A DNA stretch of 64,000 nucleotides, from positions 7,636 through 71,635 of the forward strand of contig CAWKAM010000043.1 of the NCBI GenBank assembly GCA_963847605.1, written 5' to 3'. The stretch comes from an uncultured delta proteobacterium (GTDB lineage Bacteria; Desulfobacterota; Desulfomonilia; UBA1062). The notes under the pieces are model-generated. The model was not told the origin of the DNA. It was given only the letters and a program-made list of their open reading frames with translations, and ran no database searches. The stretch's first letter is position 1; the number at the start of each line of letters is the position of its first letter. Shown one piece after another: positions 10,328 to 19,570 of the stretch. The translations under genes and the position numbers were made by a program.

Positions 10328-10906
10328 ATGGAACGGTTCAGAAATCGGCAAAAAGGCGGCTTTACCCTCGTTGAGCTTGCCCTGGTGCTGGTGATCATCG
10401 GATTATTGATTACAGGGATACTCAAAGGAGAGGCCCTCATACGGAATGCCAAGGTCAAGAACCTTGTCAATCAGAAGGAAACACTCACCGCGGCCTTCTA
10501 TACCTATTACGACAGGTATAACTATTATCCGGGAGATGCACCTAACCCGGCCGGCAATAATCTCCCCGTGCAAGGCCATAACGACAGTGGGAATGGAAAC
10601 GGCCAGGTTGATGCAACAGAGGAATGGATTCTCTTTCAAGATCTTACACTTGCACAGATCATCAACGGCGGTTATACCGGAGCGGCAAACAGTTGCCCGA
10701 CGAACGCCTTCGGGGGCACAGCAGTAATCCTATACACTACCGTCCCGGCGATCAATGAAAACTGTGTAATTTTCAACCAGATTCCGCCTGATGTGGCCCA
10801 GGAAATCGACAGAAAGTATGATGACGGGGTTTGGAATACAGGAAGCATACGGGCCGACACTATATATACCAATGCTGCGAACAAGACGCTCTACTGGGGC
10901 ATGTAG
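10328..10906 (+). CDS. prepilin-type N-terminal cleavage/methylation domain protein (candidate major pilin / GspG-like)
   Basis: MERFRNRQKG|GFTLVELALVLVIIGLLITGIL is a classical G-FTLxE prepilin signal. Confidence 0.8.
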   Translation: MERFRNRQKGGFTLVELALVLVIIGLLITGILKGEALIRNAKVKNLVNQKETLTAAFYTYYDRYNYYPGDAPNPAGNNLPVQGHNDSGNGNGQVDATEEWILFQDLTLAQIINGGYTGAANSCPTNAFGGTAVILYTTVPAINENCVIFNQIPPDVAQEIDRKYDDGVWNTGSIRADTIYTNAANKTLYWGM

Positions 10907-11135
10907 CGCCAGTGCAGGATCTCGGATGTCTTAGTTTGGCACGCCTGGAGTAAGGGCTTGGTGGGTCAGGCCTTTATACAGAAGATAAGGGTGTGGGGTT
11001 GGGTGAAATGTATATCTCGGGTCAGAGGTGGTGGAAGAAAAACCCATTGAGTCATCTCCGGCACAAGAACCTTGTGGGTAAAGATCATTGAGTGATCCTT
11101 CAACCTGAACGGCGTAAGGAACTGGAACGAACCCC

Positions 11136-12770
11136 ATGGAAAAAAAGCGCATTGGCGATCTTCTCAAAGATGAGGGGATAATCAGTGATAAGGAGATCGG
11201 TCTTGCCCTTCTGGAGCAGCGTGCCACAAGGGAACGGGTCGGTGACATACTCATCCGTTTAGCCCTTGTCACCCAAACCGAGCTTGCCCAGGCCGTTGCT
11301 AAACAGTTCGGCATCGAATTCCTTGAGTTACGCCACTTTTCACCGCAAAAAGAAGCCCTCTCTGCTTTGCCGATACAATTCGCACGAGACAACTCGTTAC
11401 TCCCGATAGGTGTCGAGGACACCACATTGATTGTTGCTACCAGCGAGCCGGACAACTCAAAGCTCTTGGACCTTGCTTCTCGAGTCTCAAAGAAACGCGT
11501 CCGCTGCGTGGCGGCATCTCCCTCGCAGATACAGAAACATATCGAAAAAGACTATTACCTCCTGGAGCACCCCATTGACGAAGAGATCGAACAGCAGCTT
11601 GAACACGCCAAATATAATCCGCATGATGTGGATACGGAAAAGCTGGTAAGATTGCTGATCATGTCCGCCATCAATTCACGTGCAACCGACATCCACATCA
11701 CCCCTACGAACAAGACAACCCAGATACACTACCGCATCGACGGCATACTCTACCCGTTTTACTCCTTTCCCATCGAGGTGCATTCCAGGGTTATCTCGAG
11801 CATCAAGGTCAAAGCCGAGATGGACATTTCGGAGCAGCGCAAGCCCCAGGATGGCAGGCTCTCCTTTGATTTTCTCAATGAGAGCTATGATATCCGTGTC
11901 TCTACCTTAAAAGTCACCAATGGGGAGAACATGGTGATGCGCATCCTGTCTTCCTCAGAGGAGTTGTATAACATCCGGAGCCTTGGCCTGGATCATGACG
12001 ATATCACCCAGCTCAGGGACCTGCTCCACAAGCCCTACGGCATGGTCCTCGTCTCAGGACCCACAGGGTCGGGAAAAACCACGACGCTGTATGCGGCGCT
12101 ACGTGAGATAAGCTCCATAGAAAAGAATATCGTGACTGTTGAAGACCCCATCGAGTACCAGTTCCCGCTGATCCGCCAGACGCAGGTCAATGAAAAGGCC
12201 GGATATGTCTTTTCAAGTGCTGTAAGGGCATTCCTCAGGCAGGACCCGGATGTCATCCTCATCGGGGAGATACGTGACGGCGATACGGCGACCATGGCGC
12301 TACGCGCAGCTCAGACAGGGCACCTTGTACTTTCCACGGTGCATGCCAACGATGCCTCAGGGGCCATCCCCAGGCTTAAGGACCTTGGCATGAAGGACTT
12401 CATGATTTCATCTTCCCTGATATGCGTCATAGCCCAGAGGCTCGTCCGGGCACTCTGCCCGCACTGCAAGCAGGCATATGGTTCAGGAGAGGATGAGAAC
12501 CGCATATTCGGAATCAAGCCCGGCACAACCCTATATACCGCTGTCGGATGTCCGAGGTGCATCAAGACAGGCTACCTCGGCCGGATCATGGTGGCAGAGA
12601 TTCTCGTCGTTTCAAGGGAGATCGAGCGTCTCATCTCTCTTGGGTCACACCCCTTTGAGATCAAGGAAAAGGCCGTCCAGGAAGGCCTGGTTACCTTAAA
12701 CGGCGACGGTATCCGCAAGATACTCAGTGGCAGGACGAGCTTCGCCGAGGTCTGGAGGGTGCTGCGGTAA
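11136..12770 (+). CDS. GspE/PilB/MshE-family secretion ATPase with an MshEN-type N-terminal domain
   Basis: Walker A is GPTGSGKTTTLYA, and the Asp box, Walker B and His box are present (ILIGEIRD). The tetracysteine is CPHC...CPRC. The N-terminus carries two RxGDxL...Q repeats. Confidence 0.95.
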   Translation: MEKKRIGDLLKDEGIISDKEIGLALLEQRATRERVGDILIRLALVTQTELAQAVAKQFGIEFLELRHFSPQKEALSALPIQFARDNSLLPIGVEDTTLIVATSEPDNSKLLDLASRVSKKRVRCVAASPSQIQKHIEKDYYLLEHPIDEEIEQQLEHAKYNPHDVDTEKLVRLLIMSAINSRATDIHITPTNKTTQIHYRIDGILYPFYSFPIEVHSRVISSIKVKAEMDISEQRKPQDGRLSFDFLNESYDIRVSTLKVTNGENMVMRILSSSEELYNIRSLGLDHDDITQLRDLLHKPYGMVLVSGPTGSGKTTTLYAALREISSIEKNIVTVEDPIEYQFPLIRQTQVNEKAGYVFSSAVRAFLRQDPDVILIGEIRDGDTATMALRAAQTGHLVLSTVHANDASGAIPRLKDLGMKDFMISSSLICVIAQRLVRALCPHCKQAYGSGEDENRIFGIKPGTTLYTAVGCPRCIKTGYLGRIMVAEILVVSREIERLISLGSHPFEIKEKAVQEGLVTLNGDGIRKILSGRTSFAEVWRVLR

Positions 12771-13984
12771 TGATCTATTCATACAATGCCCTCAAGAAGG
12801 ATGGAACGATATTCTCGTCCAAGGGCAACTTTGAGAGCATCGGGGAGCTGATGGATGCCCTTTCTTCTCAGGAATTGATACTTGTCAGCTACCGCGAGCA
12901 GAAGTACCAGATATTCGAGACCATCAAGACCCTCACCCAACCCAGTGTAAAGAGGATGGAGATAGCGGAGTTCTGTGAATCGCTGGCCTCCATGATCGGC
13001 AGCGGCCTGCCGCTCTTGGACTCCATGGAAAGCATCAAGGACACGATCAGGGTGAAACGCTTGAGAGAAGCGATCGAGGAAGTGGTCAAAGAGATTGCCC
13101 AAGGAGAATCCTTATCAGGGGCCTTTTCCCACCAGCCTGCCGTATTCCCCGAGATGCTCATGTTCTTCTGCAATATCGGGGAAGAGACCGGTACCATTCA
13201 AACTGCCCTGAGTAACACGGCGGATTATTTAAAAAGAGTGGACGGTATCGTATCTCAAGTCAAGAGGGCCCTTATTTATCCATGCTTCGTGGTATGTGCC
13301 ATGCTGGGCGTCATCATTTTCTGGCTCTTTTTCGTTCTCCCCCGACTGGTCGCAACATTCAAGGAGATCAATGTCCAGCTGCCAAATATCACGGTAAGCC
13401 TTGTCAACTTCGTCAAATTCTCAGAGCAGAACTGGTTCATATACCCCCTTGCGACTGTGGGCCTCATTGCTTTGTTTGTCATTCTCGGAAGGATTCCAAA
13501 GATGCGTTTTCTGTTGAGCCGCACTGCCTTCCGTCTCCCCGTGATCGGCGATCTGCTGAAATGCTCCACCCTTACCCTGGTATTCTCGAACATGTCACTC
13601 ATGCTTCGCTCCGGGGTGACCCTCACAAAATCGCTCGATATACTTGAGAAGATCTTTCATAATGATCTTGTCCGCTCGGTCATCGTGCGCATACGGGAAG
13701 AGACGAACATGGGGAATTCGCTGCTGGAGGCCTTCAAGAGGACCGACTTCTTTGACGCCATCACATTAAAGATGATCAGCGTCGGAGAGAAGACCGGCAC
13801 CTTGGATCAGAGACTAAGCTATCTGGCTGACACCTACGAACTCAAGACATCACGGTTTGTAGAGGTAATGGGTAAGATGATTGAACCCATAGCCATAGTC
13901 ATGACCGGAGGCATCTTCGTCTTTATCGTCATTTCGCTGATCGGGCCGGTGTACGATCTCATGTCAAAGCTCGGAGGAGGCTAG
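12770..13984 (+). CDS. type II secretion / type IV pilus platform protein (GspF/PilC/MshG family)
   Basis: Two T2SSF repeats are present, with conserved LSGAF and GEETG / GEKTG motifs, plus three TM segments. The start overlaps the ATPase stop (TAATG). Confidence 0.9.
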   Translation: MIYSYNALKKDGTIFSSKGNFESIGELMDALSSQELILVSYREQKYQIFETIKTLTQPSVKRMEIAEFCESLASMIGSGLPLLDSMESIKDTIRVKRLREAIEEVVKEIAQGESLSGAFSHQPAVFPEMLMFFCNIGEETGTIQTALSNTADYLKRVDGIVSQVKRALIYPCFVVCAMLGVIIFWLFFVLPRLVATFKEINVQLPNITVSLVNFVKFSEQNWFIYPLATVGLIALFVILGRIPKMRFLLSRTAFRLPVIGDLLKCSTLTLVFSNMSLMLRSGVTLTKSLDILEKIFHNDLVRSVIVRIREETNMGNSLLEAFKRTDFFDAITLKMISVGEKTGTLDQRLSYLADTYELKTSRFVEVMGKMIEPIAIVMTGGIFVFIVISLIGPVYDLMSKLGGG

Positions 13985-13988
13985 AGAG

Positions 13989-14633
13989 ATGAACCAAGAC
14001 CTTGCCTCCAAAAGGAACATCGTTTTTCCTGCCCAGTCATCATCCCGCAAAGGATTTACCCTCATCGAATTGGCCTTCGTGCTTGTTATTGTCGGCCTGC
14101 TCCTCGGGCTTGGTGCGCAGCTCATACCCATGCTGGTCACGCAAAATAAACTTTCCGATGACAGAACGCGGGTCAAGGAGGCGAAGACCGCGCTCATCGG
14201 GTATGCCCTGGCCACCGGAAGGCTGCCGTTTGCAAGTTTAAGCACCAATGGATTAGAGACTCCAAACCAATATAATGGGTATCTTCCCTGGTCCACGATC
14301 GGAATTACCGGCGTGGATGCGTTTCAAACCACGCTCTTCTATGCCGTTGACTTCAACCTTACTACAGCAGGATCCGTAACCCAGACCGTGATTGGCAAGC
14401 TCATATCAGACACCCCCCCCCTCCCACCGAATCAAAAACTCTACAGTGACCTTGGAGCCGTGAGGGTAGCCTTTGTGGTCATCTCTGCCGGTCAAAATCG
14501 GATTTTAAATAATCCTCCCAATAATATTAATGGCAATACATTCGCTGCTCCCTCTGCCCCGGTCACATCGAACTATGATGATATCCTCGAGTCTGAGAGC
14601 CTGTCCCTTCTCAACGGAATAGCCCCTCCCTGA
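13989..14633 (+). CDS. prepilin-type N-terminal cleavage/methylation domain protein (long-leader minor pilin)
   Basis: ...SSSRKG|FTLIELAFVLVIVGLLLGLG is a G-FTLIE prepilin signal after a leader of about 21 residues. Confidence 0.8.
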   Translation: MNQDLASKRNIVFPAQSSSRKGFTLIELAFVLVIVGLLLGLGAQLIPMLVTQNKLSDDRTRVKEAKTALIGYALATGRLPFASLSTNGLETPNQYNGYLPWSTIGITGVDAFQTTLFYAVDFNLTTAGSVTQTVIGKLISDTPPLPPNQKLYSDLGAVRVAFVVISAGQNRILNNPPNNINGNTFAAPSAPVTSNYDDILESESLSLLNGIAPP

Positions 14634-14704
14634 TAAAATAACCTAAAGAAGCCTAATCGTAATTCCGAGAACATAGGTAGCAGGAGAGGTGTACCTCCTC
14701 TGCG

Positions 14705-16150
14705 TTGACGAACATGAAGGATATATTGACAAAAATTGTCTCCATGAAAATGGGCCCGGCGAAAGGCATTGCCGTTATCCTGGGTGAAGAGGAACATGTC
14801 CTTGCATCATATAGTGGTGCAGGGCGTGACATAACTCTCAAGGATATCAAAACAGTTGAGTCCTCTTCACTGAAAGATATCTCCCGTAAGGCTCCCATGC
14901 TATCGCTCTGTTTCTCACCCAGGGGCATCTATTCGGACGTGGGTGAATTTTCCTGCATCAGTAAAGAGGCCACAACGGCTCACATCCGCGCAACCGTGGA
15001 TAAGATCGGTCTCTTCAGAGATGACTACTGCATCACATTCACCAAGATCCAGGATATTGATAACCTCAAGAGTAAATATTCCTACCTGGCCATTCCTCTA
15101 CATGAGATGAACAAGACCGAGCTTATCGATGAGAAGGAGGCCCTTGTCGACATGTTCTGCCCCATCGAGGCATCCATTGCAACAGCGGTGGGAACCGTAG
15201 ACCCGAACATGGTGATCATTGTTTATGAAGATACCCGGTTCGTCCGCATTATCGGCGTAAAGGCCGGGGTCATTTATTATCTCATAACCATTCATTCTGC
15301 CGAATCCTTCGATGCCCTCGCCGACACTGTTGCAGGTGTCAGGGAGATGACTTCCATGTTGCTGAGTTCATATCAGGAAAAATCCCAGAAGGTCTATGCC
15401 ATCGGACAAGGAGAGATTAGTATATCCGATCTCGAAAAGCATGATGTCCACGCAGAGCCGTTTAGTTTGAACGAATACGGGGAAACCGATCCTCAAACAA
15501 TAGTGCTCTTGGGGACTGCCATGAATCCCTGTTATGACTTCACCCCTGAAAGGCTGCACCAGACCAGAAGGATTGTGGGGTATGCAAAGATATCTTTTGC
15601 CGTATCAATGGTCATGATCATGGTCTCGGCTTTGTTCTTCGCCTTGGGGTGGGGTAATGCCATCAATGCACGAAGCTACGAGAAGAGGACCCATGCGGCA
15701 ATCTATAAAAGCTCCCGGGAGCTCAAGGTGCTGGAAGATGATTATGCATCTCTCAGCAAGAACCTGAATCTGACAAACATAAACAATATTATCGAGACAT
15801 ATAAGGACTTCCAGGCAGAGCCCAAGTTGCAATCCATCATGGAAACAATCTCCCAAAGGGTCCCGGGAAACGTCTTCATCACCAAGATCGAGGTCAACAG
15901 GGCAACCACACAAGAGGGAACGCCCCAGGCACGGGTTGCACCGGCCGCAGCAAACGCCCAGCGCACCTCTCATGCAAAATCATTTGATCTTGTAATACAA
16001 GGCATCATCAACCTGTCATTTCCGCAGTCCAAAGAGGTCTTCTCCTCCTTTATCATAGCCGTGCAGGAGGTCTATAAAGTCTCTAAGGCCGAATACGTCC
16101 ATAAGGAAAATGGTGCGGAATTCAGTTTGAATTGCGAGATGAAGCTATGA
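14705..16150 (+). CDS. PilM/PilN-fusion-like (MshI/GspL-like) inner-membrane pilus assembly protein
   Basis: A cytoplasmic domain of about 295 aa has an actin-like pattern (MVIIVYEDTRFVRIIGVKAGVIYY). It is followed by a single TM segment (ISFAVSMVMIMVSALFFALGW) and a coiled-coil periplasmic part. The assignment rests on architecture and position between pilC and the secretin, not on motif-level identity. Confidence 0.5.
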   Translation: MTNMKDILTKIVSMKMGPAKGIAVILGEEEHVLASYSGAGRDITLKDIKTVESSSLKDISRKAPMLSLCFSPRGIYSDVGEFSCISKEATTAHIRATVDKIGLFRDDYCITFTKIQDIDNLKSKYSYLAIPLHEMNKTELIDEKEALVDMFCPIEASIATAVGTVDPNMVIIVYEDTRFVRIIGVKAGVIYYLITIHSAESFDALADTVAGVREMTSMLLSSYQEKSQKVYAIGQGEISISDLEKHDVHAEPFSLNEYGETDPQTIVLLGTAMNPCYDFTPERLHQTRRIVGYAKISFAVSMVMIMVSALFFALGWGNAINARSYEKRTHAAIYKSSRELKVLEDDYASLSKNLNLTNINNIIETYKDFQAEPKLQSIMETISQRVPGNVFITKIEVNRATTQEGTPQARVAPAAANAQRTSHAKSFDLVIQGIINLSFPQSKEVFSSFIIAVQEVYKVSKAEYVHKENGAEFSLNCEMKL

Positions 16151-16545
16151 GGTACTACAGGGTAGCCCTGACAATCGGCATCATCAGCGCCGTGCTGGTG
16201 ACATCCTCCTTTGCCTATTATATTCACACCGCAAGGAAGGTAACATATAACCGCACAAAGCTGGAAGCTATTCTGTCAGCGAACTCTCATCGCAAAGACT
16301 ATGTCAAGAAGATCGAGTCCATCAAGGCATACAGCTCCAAACTGATCGCCCTATCACATGAGCGAAATACAAATGTCGACTATGAGATTATATTAAAAGA
16401 CTATGATGTAAAAAATTTGTTTTCCGAGGTTGCATCGACATATAAAAACGACATGTTCTTTCTTGACAAGGCAACTGTGGAGAGCACCTCTGCAGGGATC
16501 ACGGTCACCATGAAGGGGTTCAAGCTCGGGAGCGGGAATGAATGA
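16132..16545 (+). CDS. PilO/MshJ/GspM-like bitopic membrane protein (hypothetical)
   Basis: The protein has an N-terminal TM segment (VALTIGIISAVLVTSSFAYYI) followed by coiled-coil and alpha/beta parts. The call rests on size and gene order only. Confidence 0.35.
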   Translation: MRDEAMRYYRVALTIGIISAVLVTSSFAYYIHTARKVTYNRTKLEAILSANSHRKDYVKKIESIKAYSSKLIALSHERNTNVDYEIILKDYDVKNLFSEVASTYKNDMFFLDKATVESTSAGITVTMKGFKLGSGNE

Positions 16546-16979
16546 AGCTCGATAAGACATTAGCAATGATCTTTATCCCTCCCCTTGCGGCGGTTATCCT
16601 TTGTGTCATCTCTCCTTACCTTATTCGCGAACATAAAAACTACACCCCCGAGCAGCCTGAATTTCTCACCTATGTTGACAAACTGGGTGTTTTCACCCTC
16701 GGGGATGATCCAGACCCCCCACCAAAGGATATCAGGGATGTCTTCCGCCACGAGTGGATACTGCCTATGGCAGATCCGAGGGCACAACTTACAGCCGACC
16801 CGGTCAATTTAACGATGATCGTTGAGGCAGGCGCGGATAGCTACTGCATCATCAATGGACGGCAAATGCACCTTGGGGACAAGACGGATAACTTTCGGAT
16901 AACATCCATCGGGTCGAACCAAGTTTCTATCACTTACAACAACGGTACCAGGGAGATCCACCATGTCAAAGTATATTAA
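16542..16979 (+). CDS. PilP/MshK/GspC-like small membrane-anchored protein (hypothetical)
   Basis: The protein has an N-terminal TM segment and a C-terminal beta-rich segment (IINGRQMHLGDKTDNFRITSIGSNQVSITYNNG) resembling PilP/GspC HR domains. It lies immediately upstream of the secretin. Confidence 0.35.
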   Translation: MKLDKTLAMIFIPPLAAVILCVISPYLIREHKNYTPEQPEFLTYVDKLGVFTLGDDPDPPPKDIRDVFRHEWILPMADPRAQLTADPVNLTMIVEAGADSYCIINGRQMHLGDKTDNFRITSIGSNQVSITYNNGTREIHHVKVY

Positions 16980-18576
16980 GTATATAGTTCTCACGGCTAG
17001 TTGTTGCTTTTTCCTTGCTGGTTGCACGGCTGCAAAATTATTGAAGAAAGAGGATTTCTCCATCGAGAAGGAAAAGGCCAGCATAACCCCTGTGGAAAAG
17101 GCGGAACCTTCTAAGCCCTTAGTCACGGAGAAGGTCGAACCTGTGAACCAGTTGAAAGACAAGACCATCACACTCAATGCCAGCAATGCCGCATTCACCG
17201 ATGTATTCTCTGCCATAGCGCAAAGGGCCGGATTGGACCTGATAGTGGACTCCCGCCTCATTGCCGGGGAAGGGGCTGATATGTCGAGGCCATCCCCCGA
17301 TTCGGGGAAAGAGAAACAACAGACCAAGGGCTCCATCGTTCTCCCGCCCGTTTCCATAGCCTTTAACGGGACACCTCTGGAAGAGGCCCTTGAGAATCTC
17401 ACTTCAGCCCTGCACATATTCTACCAGGTGAACGGACACACCCTCATGGTAAGGGGCACTGAATCGAGGACGTATCACCTCAATTTCCTCTCTTCACAGA
17501 AGCAGACAACAATGACGGTGGGGGGGGATGTTATCAGCAGCTCTTCAAGCAGCTTGCCGGTAAGCTCTTCATCAGGCAGTTCTTCGGGTGTCTCATCAAG
17601 CAACAGCGGGTTGAATCCGCTGAGCGGTGAGTTCACCATCAAGGATTCCATCCCTTCGGCCACCAGCGACATATGCGCGCAGGTCGAGGACCAGGTTAAG
17701 GCCTCGCTTACCCGTGACGGAACATACTCCATCAACAGGGCCCTGGGTTTTCTCGAGGTCAATGACAGGAGAGACGCCATAGAGCGCATCGATGCATACA
17801 TAAAGACCATCAAGACATATTACAATTCACAGGTCCTGATCACGGCCAAGATCATAGAGGTATCCCTTAATGACACCAGCCAATACGGCATTGACTGGAC
17901 AAGCACACACCTCAGCGCCAGTGGCTTTGCCTTCAACCCCATTCAGCAGACACTTGCACTCTCCACGGATAATCTTACACCGGCATTCGAAGTCCAAGCA
18001 CACTCGGATGTGCATGGCTTTGATGCCACCATGAATGCACTGGAGCAATTCGGGAACATCAAGGTCCTCTCGAACCCGCAGGTGAGGGTGACCAACGGAC
18101 AGCCGGCTTTGATCAGTGTTGGGACAAACACTTCATATATCCAGCAGATAGAGCTCACCACCACCAGCACCCAAGGGGGGACAACGATCACCCAGCCTAA
18201 TGTGACCCTCGGGTCTATCTTCGACGGCATCATGATGGGTGTCGTGCCGAATATCGACCTTGATACCGGCTCGGTAAACCTGAGCATCACCCCCATCAAG
18301 AGCCGCCTCGAGAAGCTCGATGAACGCTCCATAAGCGGGAACACGTATACGCTGCCGACGGTGGGGCTTGAAGAGGCAACCACCCAGATCCGGGTAAAAA
18401 GCGGCAACATCATCGCCCTGGGCGGGCTCATCAGCAAGAACCTCACGCAGCAGAACAATAGCATACCCATCCTGGGCGATATCCCCATCATCGGATACCT
18501 CTTCAGCCAGCAGACAAAGGGGGTTGAGACCGTCGAATTGGTTATTCTCCTGGAGCCTACAATCCTGGCCCAGTAA
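16963..18576 (+). CDS. secretin (MshL/PilQ/GspD family), lipoprotein
   Basis: The lipobox is FFLAGC. The secretin core includes VLSNPQVRVTNGQPALISVG and IPILGDIPIIGYLFS. A Ser-rich linker follows the N-terminal domain. Confidence 0.9.
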   Translation: MSKYIKYIVLTASCCFFLAGCTAAKLLKKEDFSIEKEKASITPVEKAEPSKPLVTEKVEPVNQLKDKTITLNASNAAFTDVFSAIAQRAGLDLIVDSRLIAGEGADMSRPSPDSGKEKQQTKGSIVLPPVSIAFNGTPLEEALENLTSALHIFYQVNGHTLMVRGTESRTYHLNFLSSQKQTTMTVGGDVISSSSSSLPVSSSSGSSSGVSSSNSGLNPLSGEFTIKDSIPSATSDICAQVEDQVKASLTRDGTYSINRALGFLEVNDRRDAIERIDAYIKTIKTYYNSQVLITAKIIEVSLNDTSQYGIDWTSTHLSASGFAFNPIQQTLALSTDNLTPAFEVQAHSDVHGFDATMNALEQFGNIKVLSNPQVRVTNGQPALISVGTNTSYIQQIELTTTSTQGGTTITQPNVTLGSIFDGIMMGVVPNIDLDTGSVNLSITPIKSRLEKLDERSISGNTYTLPTVGLEEATTQIRVKSGNIIALGGLISKNLTQQNNSIPILGDIPIIGYLFSQQTKGVETVELVILLEPTILAQ

Positions 18577-18644
18577 TGAACGGCAGGGTATAAAACAATC
18601 GGAAACATCCCCGTTCCTGCAAAATGGCATATGGTGTGCGCATC

Positions 18645-19502
18645 TTACCGATCGGTCATGCCCTTGAGCATGGAGATGAGCTTTTCATCGGGCTGTCCGG
18701 ACATATCCCCGAGATGAATAAGCGGCTTTATGCGCTCTCCATGAAAGTCCGATCCCGCGCTTAACAACAGATTGAGGGACCTTGCCTCCCCGACAAGGCG
18801 ATCTGTCATCATGGCAGTATGATGTGTGCTGTAGGCCTCGATTCCGGTGAGACCTTCGTCCTTCAGTTCCTTCAGGAAATCCGATCCCGCATCCCCGGGG
18901 TGGGCAAGGATAAGCACCCCTGATCCCTTCAGCAGCCTCATCGTATCGATGAGATCGGGCAGGGCTGAGCGAACAATGGTTCCGATATCGCCTAACGCAT
19001 AATCCTGATAAAAGTTCAGATACGGAGATGAGGCCTTCGGTCCTGAGAGGTACTCCTGAAGCCTCTTGTCCCCGCGATTCCTCCTGATCAATGCATTAAG
19101 AAAAGTTACACCGGTCGGTACAGAGTGTCCCCAACTCTCTATATCCTCGTTCTTTATATCAAAACCCATCTTTGAGAAGATATCGAGGACCTCATAGGCC
19201 TTATCCCAGATGGCCTGACAGTGATGATCAAGGAAATTCTTCAACGGTTCATCATCTGTATGAAACCCATAGATCAGGAGGTGATACTCCCGGTGAGAAA
19301 ATACTGTTGAAATTTCTGTGCCCGTGAAAAAGCTTAAGTGGTATGAAGCGGCCAGGCGCATACCTTCGGCCGCGGCAGAGATGTCCATGTGATCCGTTAA
19401 GGCCAATCCTTTAAGATTACACCCTAAAGCCATACGCAGGATTTCCTCAGGCGTATATTGCCCGTCTGAAGAATGTGATGTATGGATATGGAGGTCATAC
19501 AC
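18645..19502 (-). CDS. PHP-domain metal-dependent phosphoesterase
   Basis: MYDLHIHTSHSSDG is the PHP motif I, and there are later His/Asp motifs (LILAHPG, GSDFHG). Confidence 0.8.
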   Translation of the reverse strand: MYDLHIHTSHSSDGQYTPEEILRMALGCNLKGLALTDHMDISAAAEGMRLAASYHLSFFTGTEISTVFSHREYHLLIYGFHTDDEPLKNFLDHHCQAIWDKAYEVLDIFSKMGFDIKNEDIESWGHSVPTGVTFLNALIRRNRGDKRLQEYLSGPKASSPYLNFYQDYALGDIGTIVRSALPDLIDTMRLLKGSGVLILAHPGDAGSDFLKELKDEGLTGIEAYSTHHTAMMTDRLVGEARSLNLLLSAGSDFHGERIKPLIHLGDMSGQPDEKLISMLKGMTDR

Positions 19503-19570
19503 GGCGGGTAAATCCTACCACTGTGGATGCCGATAAGGCAATTGATGGTTGTGCCATCAAGGAGCGCAGG

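Noticed and set aside
10937-10952. A sigma-54-like -24 element, TGGCAC, lies about 190 nt upstream of the pilus ATPase gene.
   Set aside because: The -12 element is missing. The sequence is TGGCAC-gcctg-GAGTA, so GT rather than GC sits at the conserved -12 position and there is no TTGC. A single half-match is expected by chance.
10931-11455. A 174-aa minus-strand ORF spans the pilin-ATPase intergenic region.
   Set aside because: Most of it is antisense to the well-supported GspE N-terminus, it has no recognisable motif, and its composition is typical of a shadow ORF.
17530-17625. There is a Ser-rich low-complexity stretch in the secretin gene and an xQPG-repeat stretch in the MglA-like gene (about 46050..46200). 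I considered them as possible tandem DNA repeats or CRISPR-like arrays.
   Set aside because: They are in-frame coding low-complexity linkers with imperfect nucleotide periodicity. There is no repeat-spacer organisation, and I saw no CRISPR-like array anywhere in the window.
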